Source: Chrysemys picta bellii (lineage: Eukaryota). From it: 64,000 bases of DNA. Position 1 is the stretch's first letter. Each line of letters starts with the position of its first letter. Shown here piece after piece: positions 48,375 through 62,300 of this stretch. The position numbers and the translations under genes are program-made. The stretch spans positions 187,302,001-187,366,000 of the forward strand of contig NC_088791.1 in assembly GCF_011386835.1 (NCBI RefSeq), read 5' to 3'. The notes beneath the pieces were generated by a model. The model worked only from the letters and a program-made list of their open reading frames with translations, ran no database searches and was not told the DNA's origin.

Positions 48375-48693
48375 CAGGGTCCGCAACGTTCAGCACGCGG
48401 CTCGCCAGGGTAAGCACCCTGGCGGGCCGGGCTAGTTTATTTACCTGCTGACGTGGCAGGTTCGGCCGATCGCGGCCCCCACTGGCCACCGTTCGCCGTC
48501 CCAGGCCAATGGGGGCGGCAGGAAGCCACGGCCAGCACATCGCTCGCCCGCGCCGTTTCCCGCCGCCCCCATTGGCCCGGGACGGCGAACCGCGGCCCCC
48601 ACTGAACCTGCTGCGTCAGCAGGTAAATAAACTGGCCCGGCTTGCCAGGGTGCTTACCCTGGCGAGCCGCGTGCCGAACGTTGCCGACCCCTG
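48375..48693 (+). mobile_element. Non-autonomous hAT MITE, second copy of the 34272 family
   Basis: CAGGGTCCGCAAC...GTTGCCGACCCCTG, 8-bp TSD GTATACGC (48367-48374 and 48694-48701), small internal deletion relative to the first copy. Confidence 0.9.
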
Positions 48694-49267
48694 GTATACG
48701 CCAAGCACTAAATGATGGGGGTTAGTAAGTAGTTTTTACTAGAGCTCTCCAGAGCACAACAACAATTCTGTTTTGCAGCAACTTTTGAGGTCTCGGCAGT
48801 TGTTTTAGTTTCTCCATTGGAACAAGAACAAAACTTTTTGAATGTTTAAACAAAAAATGGATTTGTATCAAAATGTCTGTTTTCTGATCAAAACCTGGGT
48901 ACTGACCTGGGAGGCAGATTCAAATTCAGAGCAGAATTTTTCATCCCATATCACTCTGAATCAGGCAAAGCAGGGACTTGAACCTGGGTCTCTCACATCC
49001 CAGGTGTGGGACTTTCTCTTTTGAAAATCTTTCCAACAGAAACTTAATTGACACTAATACAGCTCCAGGAAACATTCTGGCTTTGATTAAACAAATTAAT
49101 TTTAAGAGAGAGCTGGTCAAATGTATGAGTGTCATTGTCTGACAGAGGTGCTTGTGATGGGAGGGGGCAGGGCTCACTCCAGTTTATGTCTTATGTTCCT
49201 AAAGCTCATGCTCAGGATTCCTGCTGGTGTATTTAATGTATTCTGTGAGGTTGTATTATCTCTTTCC

Positions 49268-49620
49268 TCTGAAGCATCAGGGATGGCCACAGATGGAGAT
49301 GGGACACTAGGTGGGGAGGGCCAGGGCTTTAGGTGGCACTGAGCAGTGCTTGGCTGGCTGGTTGTTGCTCATATGCTCAGGGTCTAATGAATCACCACAT
49401 CTGAGGTCCGGAAAGAATCTTCCCCCAGATCAGATTGGCAGTGACCCTAGGTATGGGAGATGGGTTGCCTTCCTCCACAATCAACATTTTTTTAAATCAA
49501 GATTGGATGTTTTTCTAAAGATCTGCTCTAGGAATTATCTTGCAGAAGTTCTAAGTCTGTGTTATATAGGGGGTCAGACTGGATAATAACAATTGTCCCT
49601 TCTTGCCTTAGAATTTATGA
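49268..49620 (+). mobile_element. Decayed CR1 3' UTR fragments
   Basis: Blocks resembling 35000-35380 (ATGCTCAGGGTCTAA, CAGATTGGCAG, GTCAGACTGGATAATAACAATTGTCCCTTC). Confidence 0.6.
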
Positions 49621-52600
49621 AAACTTTGAATATTAAAAGTAATTCACAATATGTACACCACAAGTCTCTCACCTTGCTCTGTATTGAAGTTATTAGTGAC
49701 CTCGACTGTGAGCTTTTTTGCTCAATGGAATTGTCATCCAAATGAGCTACCACTTTTCTTTTCTTTGCTGTTGACTCAATCTGAGGGTTCAGTTTATAGT
49801 GTAATAAATATGGAGTTGATTAATCTATTGGCTGCTAGTAACACCTCATTCTTGTAGATTACAAAGTGTACACACACAGGGCATGGCCTTGTAAACCATA
49901 AAACTACTTGAAACTATTCCTCAGTAAAAATCAAAGCTATGTATGATTCCAATCAAATCACAGTTTTTAATCTATTCAGATTATGAATATTTTACAAGAA
50001 ACAGATACCGGGGCGAGTTCTCTGAAGGTATAGTATCTCAGCTTTCTCAATTTTTGATTATTAATCCTCTTTAAAAAATGAATTTGGAGGGTCTTTATCA
50101 ACAAGATTTAACTTTTTTTTTTGGAGGGGAGCATTTTTTAAGAAATTTTGTGGTCAGAATCTTGTTGAAACAGTAGCTAATGTAACATACATCTTTAAAA
50201 TGCATTTCCCATAAACTGGACTATAAAGCTGGGTCTATATTTAGTCTAGCCAGTGTGAAGAAAAGGAGTCTGACTCCTTTAAGAGTTCACCCAAAGGAGT
50301 GGGGGAGAAGTGTGTGTGTGGGGGGGGCATCACCTAAGCAACAGGCTGCCTGGGAGGACCTCAGACGGGCCACTATCCCATGCATAACAGACAGAACCTT
50401 CCAGAACTCCATTCTCCCCAGAAAGAGCCCTCTTTTCATTTCCTAGGCCATCTGGTTCCATAGTACAGCACGGAGACAATCCCCTTTCCACAGCCACTTA
50501 AGCCTCATACAAGGGAAGGGCAGTGGGGTCTCAGCAATGACTTGGGACCAGGTTAAAGTTGTGAGGGCTGACAGCAGCTCTCCCAAATAGGTGAAAAATA
50601 TTAAGGAAAGAATAGTCCTGAGGTGTTTAATCTATTGCCTGGCATTTCCCAGATAAGTGAATAAAGTTGCAGTCTAATTAATCCACATCCCTTGTAGCAT
50701 CTCTTTCTTCCTGTGTGGCTGGGACAATGTGCAAAGTACGTAAGAGCAAGTGGCTTCATGTCTCAGCATAGCTGAAGTGATGCTCCATTACCAAGGAGTA
50801 ATTAATCATGTTGAGGGCATGAAAAAACAGGTTCTCAGTCTTGTGATCACAGAGACTAAAGAATGATCTTTTTTACAATGCTGAATCTTAGAGGTGAATT
50901 TTAAGAACATATGTGGCTGCAATTGAGGGAATGTGAAATCAGAAAAGTGCTTGGAGGTAGTTTAAAATGTATCTTCCCTTCCATCTGAAAGCAGGACTTA
51001 CTATTTAGTCTCACTATGTGGTGTCATCAGTCATTCATTATACATATAAAACTTACCTCTGTCAAACTATATATATATTTGTCTGTTCCTTGTTCTTGCT
51101 AATTACGTCACTTGTCAATGCTACAGCAGTTGAATTTACACTATTTCAGATTTCTGCACACCACTGAAGGGATCTTAAATACAGCCACCTGTGTGAAAAG
51201 AACATGAAGTTTTTTAGTTTTAAAAATTAATTCACAGAAATTAAGTTTTTGGGGTAAAACATTTACAACACAAGTACAGAAACCCACAACTTGTTTAAAC
51301 AAATACTCTTCATTACAGTACCTTGTAATGCAGTTAAGCTTAATAGGACAATCTTAAGAACATACAATTTGATTGGTAAAAACATGCATATAGGATAAAC
51401 TGTTTAGCAATAGGTGTAAGTGAGTGGATTAACTAGAGAAGCTTATAGTTCTCACTAGATGTGTTTTTACTTAACTGTTACTGTAAAATGCAGGTCTTAG
51501 AAATTACCATTTCAGGATTATAATTTATTAAATTACAGGTAGCATTGCAAATCCAAACAATATATTACTCTATTTTAAATATCTATGGGGGATATATCCA
51601 TCTCCACTGGGAATTTCTAAGGTCATTTCTCACCAGAAAATCTAAGGCAAATATTTTCAAAATGTGGTGCCTAAATTTAGGAAACTAAATTCTTATTTTG
51701 CAACTTAAAAAACTACATTTAAAAAAATAAATATATAGATTTTGCAGTATTGGAAGGGTAAGTTAATACTACAATGTTATGAATTTTAGCTTAGAAAGAA
51801 CTTTCTATTTGAGTACAAGAAGGCCCCAAAGTTCTCCAAAGTTATTGAGTACAAATATATTACTACAGAAATGGAAGAAATGAGCTGAGTTAAGGATCTG
51901 CAGTGTAGAGATTGTTCATAAAACCTTTTCAAGTACTAGAAATATCAGATATTTCTGTTCACTTGGTTCTCAAGATAACATAGCTGTAAAATTCTTACTG
52001 CCATAAAATAATGTTTGACAGTATCTAACAAACCTGTGTCATTCATTAAACACAGGACAAATGGAGTTTGTGGAAACACATTTCCAGAGTTCATACACAG
52101 GTTAAGCCATTAAACTGATTCAAAATTTCTTGAAACAAATCCAACCCAAATATAAATAAAAGGGAGAAAGAAGAAAACACTTTTCCAAGTGTTTGACACT
52201 TTCCAGCGTGCTACTGTGCACCACTTCTAATAGTTTACACAGTTATGTGCTGTACATACCATACAGTACTACATCATAAAGAAGAAAGATTTATGACATC
52301 CAGCTATACCTGATTTTTATTTGTGATTGCTGTTTGTTTTAGTTTTGGGATGTCACCTTAACTTTTTGATATGATAACTTCCATTTTCATTTTATTTTTA
52401 TTACTATCTTGTACGTCTTCCAAGGTATTATAGGTTGCCTGAGACTTCCAATCACAATACACTGTTTTCAGTTGTTTATTTAAACTACCTTAGTTGAGAT
52501 TCTCTTTGTTGGCTGTCTGTCTCAGGCTGATTCTTTCTGGAAAATTTCAGACAAAATGGTTCATCCATTTCTGAGAACAAGGTTAGGGGGGGAAAAAATC

Positions 52601-53134
52601 AGTTGGTTTGCCCATGTTAAAAAATATTGGTGACTCTTTCTTCGAAAAACTCTAGCTCTCCCAATCTTTGGAGCAGAAACTTGAAATTTAGAAAGTTTTG
52701 GCCTTTGTGTCAAAAGAATATACCTTTTGCAATCCCCATGAAAATCCTCACACATTTTGATAAATTAAAAGCCTTTGAGAAATTGCAGTTTGCACATGTT
52801 ATATAATGGTAAGCACTCTGAAAAATTAGGTCTGAGGTGTCTCAACTTGGGCACCTAAAAATTGTGGGCATCATTGACTCTAATTGCCCTGCGCCTCAAT
52901 TCTCCCATTTTACATATGGGTATCATACCACCCCCTGACATTAAGAACAGCCCCAGGGCAGAGGTTAAGAAGCACCCAGATATCTGCTAATGAATAACAG
53001 CTGACTTAGCAACTTCAAATATGCCCCAATTCTTTAATGTGATGAAATGTATCTGATAAGCGTCAATGAAAAGCTCATGAATCATGCACAATTTCATGGT
53101 ATATTTCACCGAAGCCAACAAAAGGTACCAGCCC

Positions 53135-53765
53135 TGTGACTTTCGGGGATAGATCCTGGTCCAGGAGTTTGGTCACTCATCTTGACGGAAATGTGGTAAG
53201 AATTTTAATCTTGAACCAAGTTTTAGTTACTAGAAAGCATTTTATCTTTATTTCTCTCATAACCATTATAGACATTAATCAATATACTTGTACTCACGTA
53301 AAATCTCTCTTTCTAATCAAATAAACTGGTTTCATTTTTAATTTAAACCAATCCAGTGCTGTGTTTGAGCTGAACTGGTTGGTAACTCCAGTTAAAGTAA
53401 CAAATTGTTGAACATTGATGCTTTAAATGAGCAACAAACCTTAACATTCCTCTCATTGTTCCAGGACAGGCTTGGACATTTTAGAACACATGTTTTGGGG
53501 GACATTCAGATACCGGGAGGTTGTGGAGTCACCATACCAATTGTTAACAAAAGTTACTGAAGACCAGTGGAAGCTTGTGGTATTGCAGGCAGGCTCCTGC
53601 ATCCGGGGCATTGGACCAGGACAGCTCAACACATACGCAGAATGCATGCTTGCTGCTGGCTGTGGATGTGTCAGGGAGAGAGCTACAGTGGCATAAGGAA
53701 CTTAGGGCTACAGAATAAGAGGTAACAACTATTCACCAGTCTGGATTGCACCCCAGAATGTGACG
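53135..53765 (+). mobile_element. LTR-like remnant
   Basis: Begins TGTGAC and ends GGATTGCACCCCAGAATGTGAC, with AATAAA near 53320. Recognised as LTR-like from memory only; no TSD. Confidence 0.45.
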
Positions 53766-56246
53766 CATCCCCTCATCTCTCAGGTGTCATGAGGATAACT
53801 TCATTAATGTTTGTGAAGCAGTCAGGTACTGTAGTGATGAGTGGCATAGAAAGAGACTATCAGGAAATTAATAATTCTGTCTTCAGAGCAGGGTTTGAAT
53901 AGTGTGCACTAAATATGGGATGGAGCCACATTGAAGAATGAGGAGAAAACAAAATATTGAATCGCTACTCATTAAGTGAGCATCCTCCATCCTGTGTGCT
54001 GAATAAAACAGGCGTCCGGTGAAAAAATAACCATGTGCTCATGTAATTAAAAGCTATCATAATGCATATGCACAATGGGGGCATGAGCAGACAAATTAAT
54101 GTTGCACAGGCAACCTCAATTCTGGCATTTCCTAACTTTTGAGTGCTTCACTTTGCAACCTTAATAATGTTCTTTTAATGTACTTTTCTTATGTGTAATA
54201 TATTATATAAAAGGGTCTAACACTATATTACAATTACTGTTAGCACTGCAGCACATCAATTTCGATTGGCAGATGCAACTATTTTAGTACATTGCTGACT
54301 CCACATTTGCCAGTGTTACAGAAGACATCTAGCACATGATCACTGGACAAGAAGAAATATTGTTCATGTCTTTTGTAAGATGTTTATTTATACATGCTCA
54401 AGACACACATTAGAAGTGGAGAATATTGATTTCACCTCTTCAGGTTTTCTTATGTATTCTGAACTAGCTACAAGATAAATTTTGAGTCACGTGCAAAAGC
54501 TTTATTTTTAAGAGGTCCAGCTTCATGCATGTTTAATTGCATACTTTTTTCACCGTGGTATTTCTAGGTGCGTTACTGCTCAGCAGAATGTCCCCAGCCC
54601 ACATGATTTAACCATTACACACTCCTGCCAGATGGTCAGTCTACTTCCACCCAATATGACTATATAGGAATTATTTTGGGTCTGTTCATGCTGTTGCTTG
54701 GTAAGATACTAGAGCAATTCTATTTGTCTTTTATGTGTTAAGAGCAAACAGCACTTGCAGTCCTTGCCAATGTAAGAAACAAGAGGCTCGGAAGAGTAGC
54801 TAAATCTAGATCTCCAACATGACTGTTCAAAGCATATACTCATTTTCAAATTAGCCTGAATCCTCAGGGTCCCAATGAACTAAATCACTAGACACCTAGG
54901 ATGGAGTTTTCAAACATGCTTAAGTGACTTAACCGCATAAGTCTCTCAGATTTTCTTAAATCATGTAGGTGCTTTTGAAAATCTCAAGCCCCCAGAGAAC
55001 CAAGTTATCTTCCACCCACTTTTATCTTGTTGGTATTGCACATATTCCTCTCAGATGAGGACCTAGTCACCATGAAATTAGAAAAAGAAAATAAATCTGA
55101 GTAAAAGAAGTTAAACCTAGAGCTGGTGCATCTCAAACTTAATGCAAGTCCTGAATGTGTGCATCTTTCACCTAGATACTGTAGGGATAGGCATGTTTCA
55201 GATGTCATATATTCGTCAATTAATTACAGATTAAATAAACAGATGAGACAGAGGATGGAGTTGCACAGAAAGATTCACACAAAGAAGAAACAGAAATCGT
55301 TGAGCTTCTCTCTTACGGAAGAAAGCAAGTAGTTAAAGTAGTATTGTGAGGTTTTGCCATAAACAAAATATAGTTTCAGCAGTAGAAATATTTTCTTTTT
55401 GAAAACATACCTCCTCCCACCCAACAGAATCATACTGTAATAATGCTCCAAAATACTGACTCACACTCATGTTCTCACAGTACCGAGAAGATATGGACCA
55501 TTTTTGTAGAATGCCATATTCACAGACAGTAATCTTTTACCTTTGAATAGACTCTCTTTGGCCAAATTCTTAAGATCAATTACAGCCCATTTTCACCAGT
55601 CAGGGACCACAATACAGTCACATATTGCCACCAGGGAATTCCCCTGGCATATACGGCAACTTTCTTCCAATGCATCTGTGCTGCTGTTGGGCTCTGTGCC
55701 CCAGCCTTTGTTTCCGATGCAGATGGGTATGTTGAGAGTGGGCGCTAGTATGGTAGAAGGTACTCCCCACAACAATTTTTCACTGCTGTAGGTTACATTA
55801 AGGACCCCATAACAGTAGTAAAAATTAGGCTGTTGCCACATAGCTTTATGTGGTGCTGGGTCTGGAACTAACAATCAGGAAGCTAGAAACCAACACTCTT
55901 TCCTGCAGAGCTCTGATGCAACAGATTATCTGTTCCATTTAGCCCACAGTGGTTTTTGCAGGATTAGGGACTTAATGTGGACAGAGACTGGAATCTAGTG
56001 CAGGGAATCAGTGGTTGTGGTAGTGATACAGTTGAAGGGAGCCAAGAAAATGATTTTAGTGGCAACATATTGGCTAGGCATGAAAAGTACAATGTAATAT
56101 GAGCTGAGGGGTGAAAACATTATCTACTAACTTCAATGAATCTACATCAGGGATAAATTTAGCCCAAATATACAAGATTCAAGTAACTTCCTTTAAGATA
56201 TTTTAAAATCTCTAACATTACCTAATATTTAAGAATAGGTTATATA

Positions 56247-56383
56247 GGAGATATTTAAGAGTAGGTTAGATAAACGTCTGTCAGGGACGGTCTAGACAGT
56301 ATTTGGTCCTGCCAGGAGGGCAGGGGTCTGGTCTCGATGACCTCTCGAGGTCCCTTCGAGTCCTAGAATTTATGGATCTATGA
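56247..56383 (+). mobile_element. CR1 3' end fragment
   Basis: GGTCCTGCCAGGAGGGCAGGGG...GATGACCTCTCGAGGTCCCTTC...TCTATGA. This is the tail type shared with the SINE at 21378-21562. Confidence 0.75.
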
Positions 56384-59300
56384 ATAAAGATTAAAATCTC
56401 CTTTACATAAACTCATTATGAATTTTTAGCCTCAAAAGAAAAATAAAGATGTCTATTGCCATTAACATCCTGATAAAGGCCAAACTACTGCTCTAGCAAT
56501 CCCTTGTGAGCTATTTACACAGTAGCGACAAAGATGACCATTGTAAATTGTGCATGTTACAAATTGTTTAAATACAGCCATCTGAGACACTACAGCTATA
56601 TTTCTGACATGAGAAAACATCCTTTCAAATTCTATGTGGACATCTCTGAAATTTCTAAAAACCACTACGCTGATAAGTAAAGGATGACAAGGACTGATTT
56701 TATTGAGCTGATCTTGCATTTTGTTTTGAAGTTACAGATGGAACATTTTACAAAACCCTGCCGCCTCTTGACACCATGCCCTCCTTCCCCTACTCCCCCA
56801 CTCCTTTTTTTTTCTAAAACCACCAGCACCTGACCTTTAACTATCTACGTTCTTTCAACCAGATCAAGAACTTTAATACACACAAACTATCCCCCCCCTT
56901 CCCCGCCCGAAATGAGCTTTGCTTACAGAGCTACCCTTTCTCACAACCCGGGAGGAAAAAAGACTTGACTTTTGAAATCTGGACTTGCAATACATCATCT
57001 GCTTTAGAACTTTACTCAAAGTTTTTGGGAGAAATTGTTCCTCACACAAACTAAAGATTCTTGTATTGGTCAAGAAGTAACGATTCTATCAAAGTGATTT
57101 TAAAAATGTTACTTTAAAAAAAATCTTTTGGCCAGTGATAGCAGCCTAAGTAATTAAAAGAAAAATTTCATTAATTAAAAACAAAACATGGTTGGAGAAG
57201 TAGTTAGTGCATAGCACAGCCATATAAAAGATATAGGTTCCTAAACAGTTTAGGATTCCTGTCTCTGCCCGACAGTGACGAGGAATTTTGTTGATACAAC
57301 ATGTAGTATATAATCCTATATTAAAATTAACATTAAAAATAAATCTCCCTCAATTAAGATTTGTCTCATTTAAAAAACTAATTCCTGCATCATGTTAAAA
57401 GTGAGGTTACACTACAAACGTCCCCCCTTAGCCAAAACGTTGTGCGTCCAACAATTTGTCCATGAACCTGTCTGACTCCAGCACCAGTGGGACATGGGTA
57501 TATGGGATATCAGTTTCCTAACTACCTTCCCCTGCTCTAAAAGTTGCTTGTCGTCCTCGCCTTCTGGCTTTCCCAGTCCATCCTTACAGGTCACCAGGGG
57601 ACATGAAGCCTCACAAACTGGCGAAAGCCATGGTAGATTTGCCACAGATGCCAGGAAGACCATGGAGGGTCACAGATGTACCAATCGTCTCAATCACAGG
57701 CAGGGAAAAGTATTCATTTTCCCAGGAGTGTTGTAAAATTTAGGACTGGACCTGTTGTGACTAATCTGCTCGTAAGCCCACATAATTTCAAAAACAAAAC
57801 CTCCACATGGCACCCAGAATAACATCACTTTTCAAGCAAGCTATACATACAAGCCAAGGAACAATAATTCTAAATTACCCTCATCTCTTTCTACCTCACG
57901 AGTGTTAAAATTCTCTAAAAAGTTTTAAGCTTTTTTAGTCTAATGCAGAGCTAGAAACTCAGTAGTTCACAATGACGTTACAACAGGTATAAAATTAGAA
58001 ATGCATTAGGAGCTACAGCAGACACACTGGGTGAAAGAGCTTTATACAGTGATATATTAAAAGTGGAATTAAAAAAGATTTGTACATGTATTATATAATA
58101 TGATTTGTATTGTGGATGCTGAAATAATATGAAGTCAGTCAGTCACTACTAAAGAGGTCTTTTCAGAACAAAGGGAAAACAATGCCCAACTTAAATTCTA
58201 TTAGAATTACTGTTTTGCTAGAAGTAATATTAAATAGTTGTAGAGATATCTCCTAAGCCTAAAGAATTGGACATATTCAGTGCTTGTGATTTTGTATTTC
58301 CTACAGTTGCCATTATACCTATAGGATTAAAAAAAAAAACACATTCAAAGAGCATATGCAGCCCCATAACCGCTATGAGTGAGTGAGTTGAACAGTGGTG
58401 GATACTGTACATCAGTTCTCATAGCCTTCTAACAACAATGAAGTCTGGTGACGTGATGGCAGCTTTAGTTTACTACATTTTAAAAAGAAATGCTTCCTAG
58501 ATCTACAAATTATAGATACTATGGGCTAGATCTACTTAGCAGTTATTTTGAGAGTGCAGCTCTCACTTAGGTATCCATTACAGTACAGGCTTTTGTAAAT
58601 ACCCAAGCACCTTTAATGATTAAAATTGCAAAAACAAGGGCTCGCATAGGTTGATGTAATAATCCTGGTTACAGGACTGTCTAGGTAGACCCATCTTTTG
58701 GCAGACACAACTCAGCAGTGCACCTGATATTTGTGATTCATCTGACCAATGACAACTAAACAAATGGTGACATCGTTACTCTGAACTGTTTGCCGTCCAC
58801 AAGGCTAAAACTATTTCTGAGGGTGGAAATCTCTGAATAGTTTTGAATTAATGATGAAGGTACTTAAGGAAGATACAGTCTGCTCACAGAACACCCACAA
58901 AGCAGTAAAAAAGGTAAAGGATTTACATTTTAAAATTAGCATCCAGAGATCCCTTTACACAGGTGCAGTTTGGACCGGAAAAATGTACACCTGCAGTTTT
59001 GCACTTATAAAGCGAATTGCAGATGCCAGAGAATCTATGCTTCTGACATCCTACTTGGCATCTGCAACCAGACAGATGCAGCAGCAATTACAGGTTTGCA
59101 ACTCCAGTTCAGTTATATTCAACTAACATCAACCAAAACAAAAACATGCATGTGAGAGGCAACAAAGGGACAGCCAAGGGCCTATGCACTATTGAAAACT
59201 GACTTAAGCCCTATTTTGAGAATGTAAATGGTTCATAGGTTTTGCGCAAGTGCTCTGCACAGTGGCAAATGTCACCTTGGGCATGCAGCTGTGGCTGTCA

Positions 59301-62300
59301 TAGCTAAGAAGTAACCTGTTACAGAGTATTCCTTATCATCTGATTTGACTAGGCCTATTGGGAATGGATTTCGTTTTCGGTTCACTATAATATGACATTC
59401 ATAATCTTTACTGATTTCAATGTAGCATTCTTTTAACACATTTTTAAAAGGAAAGTACTGGAAAGGAATAGTCTTCCATGCTTTCCAAATGGAGGAAAAA
59501 ATTAATAATAAAATCAAATGAAGTGCCCTGCTGGTACATCTGTACGAACATTGGCACCCAATAGTGGAGCCATCTGAAGCGATAAACTAGAAAAGTTTCC
59601 ACAGGAGATACTCTGGCAAGCTTGAAACCAGAGTTATAGAAACTAAGGAATCACCACAAGCATGTTCTCCACACACACGGCATTTGTTTCCAATCTGTTG
59701 GACAGCATCAAGGAAAGAGAGATGCTATGTTTCTTATTAATTTAATAGATTATTGAAACATCAAAAGCTAAAGAGCTGCTGTACAGCAGTAATTGTCTTA
59801 CTACCTCAAATTCAAGAAAACTGCTATGGATATTCGAACAAGACAGCAATATCGAATAGTGATTCAAAATAAGATAGAACAGCGGTAGTTAAAATAATGT
59901 GGCTAGGTTATGTTTTGAGCTGGTGACAAGGAATAGTTAGGTTATTAAATTTTAAACCTATACATAAATTACTTTCAGCTGAAACTAGCTTAGTACAACT
60001 ACTAGCTTGGTCAGGAAAGGTTCATTGTTCCCCCATCTGGTAGCTTTACTACCTTCGACCCAGAATCCGTGGGTTAGACTCTTGGCTGTAGTAATATGCA
60101 GAACATGCAGTGGGTCCAGCCACTTGACAGTGGGCTCTGCTTATTGTTCAAGTGAGTCTGCTTTACAATCTAACCACCAGATAATAACCAGTTGTGGCAA
60201 TCTAACAGCCTTCTTTTCAAATAATTAAATAATTAACAAAATAAATGTAACTGTATCAGGATAAATACAGGGCCTGATTCTGTACTCGAAGGCTTCTTTT
60301 CCCTAGTAGGGCTAAGTAAAGTTCCCTCAGTATAAATTAGACTCTCACCCATAATATTCAATGTTAGTCGGTAATCAACATGTTTAGCTGAAAAAAACCA
60401 ATCCAATGTACGCCTTCTCGTTAACATAACTAGGGATGATAGCTTTATTGCGGATAATAATGTTTTTATTTGCTGATGGTTACCATGATAACCAAGTTAA
60501 TTTTAAAGTACAAAGAGTCTTCATACTTCACAAAACATTGCAAAGATAAAGGCAAACCACAATAGGAGTATTCTATTTCAATCTTTAAACCACAAAATGA
60601 GGTAATGAGAGTGCTTGAAGTGCAATCTGAGTATAGAGCTATAATCAGCACAAGTATATTTATTAACTTTTATTCTGGAACTCATTTAAGGACTAGAAAA
60701 TGTTGACCACAGACTCAGATACCTCACTGCTCTGTGGCTAAGAGGTCAATAAACAGCTGAATAACATAGGTTCACAAGCAGTTTTGAAGATGATCTCAAC
60801 ATTTCTGAAGAACAGCATTTTAAAAGGTTATAACAATATATTTTATTTGCATGGGCAATCTGGTTAGATATTTAAGACAAACCTAACACTGAAGCCAAAG
60901 TGATAAGCTTTGTTTACTAGTTTGCTTTTGGAATGAGCAGATAAGACTTCAAAGCATATGATACAACTAGAAGAGGACCTTTTTGATACAGCATTAACTT
61001 TTGTACAGATCGTTCTGTAATTGAAAAACTAGCACAAATGTAAAAAACAAAATTAAATTAATATAAACAGTAGGGAAACAAATGGTTGAAATAGGTACAA
61101 ATAATTAGAGACTAGCCTGACAAAAGGTAGATCCACTTTTTATTACTAAAAATGATATATTTAAATAATATTAACTGCGCTGGAATTATGTTCCTAGTAG
61201 CATGTGTACGTTTTTGGGGGGTTGGGAAGGGGGAGCTATATAGTGGGCATCATCCAAGTGTTCCATTTTGGAATAGATGACAATGATGTAAGCAACAGGT
61301 TTGCAACTTCTTGGCTCACATTCTGATCTCACTTATTGTACCATAAGTCTCATTAACTCCACCCAAGTCCCAAGAACTATTTTGAATTTACACTAGTAAA
61401 ACTAAGAACACACACAATGAGATCTATGGACTTACAAGATGACTTAGGCCTTAGTTGCGGTTGATAGAGTTTTTCCTGCTGTGTATGGAAACTGAAGGTC
61501 TCTCAGACATCTTGTCAGAGCAGGGATTTTTGGCTCTTGGTCATCTTTTACAATTAGGTGTTTTTGGCCTCTAGTGAACATTGGCTGATTTAGGTTTCGA
61601 ATAAAGAAAACATGCAGATGTTGTGATTTACACTATTTAGATGTGAACCTCGGTGACACTGGATGGATTTGATAGTGGTTCTGTGTTCTTTTTGTTGCAT
61701 TAGAACTTGAAAATCAAAGCAAATTGGAGGCGGGGGGTTGGGGTGGGAGGGAGAAGGGGTCTGTACAAGTCCATTGGAACTGAAATCAAAGACACATTGG
61801 TTTTTAACCAGAAACCAAACTCCAGCAACTGGAAGCTATCAGATGATGCATAAAGCTTTACTTTCTACAGATTTAGCACCAGGATGAAATTTAAAAGGGA
61901 GAAATTTAGTTGTACAAGTCTTCCACAACAGCAGGACTTTATTTCATGCCTGACAGTCATTTCTATCATTCCCCTTTCTCACCTGGCACTAGGCATGCAA
62001 GTAAACTAAAGTAAACTAAGTTATGTGAACCCCTTTAGAAATGGTATATATAGTGACAATTTATTACATTATAGTGAAGCAGAACACAACATTCTTAATG
62101 GTTTAAATGGATGTTTGCTCAAGCTGCAATTCTGGATATACTTAACCTCTGCTTAGAGCAAAATAAGTTGTCTGGAAAAATGATGACTTCATTATACAAG
62201 GTTTTCTCTGCACCTAGCTTTTAGTTTGGAGCCAGAGTACATACTGTGGTAATTTGGCAATTATTAGCCATTCTACTGTCTCTCTAGTTAATTAATGTAC

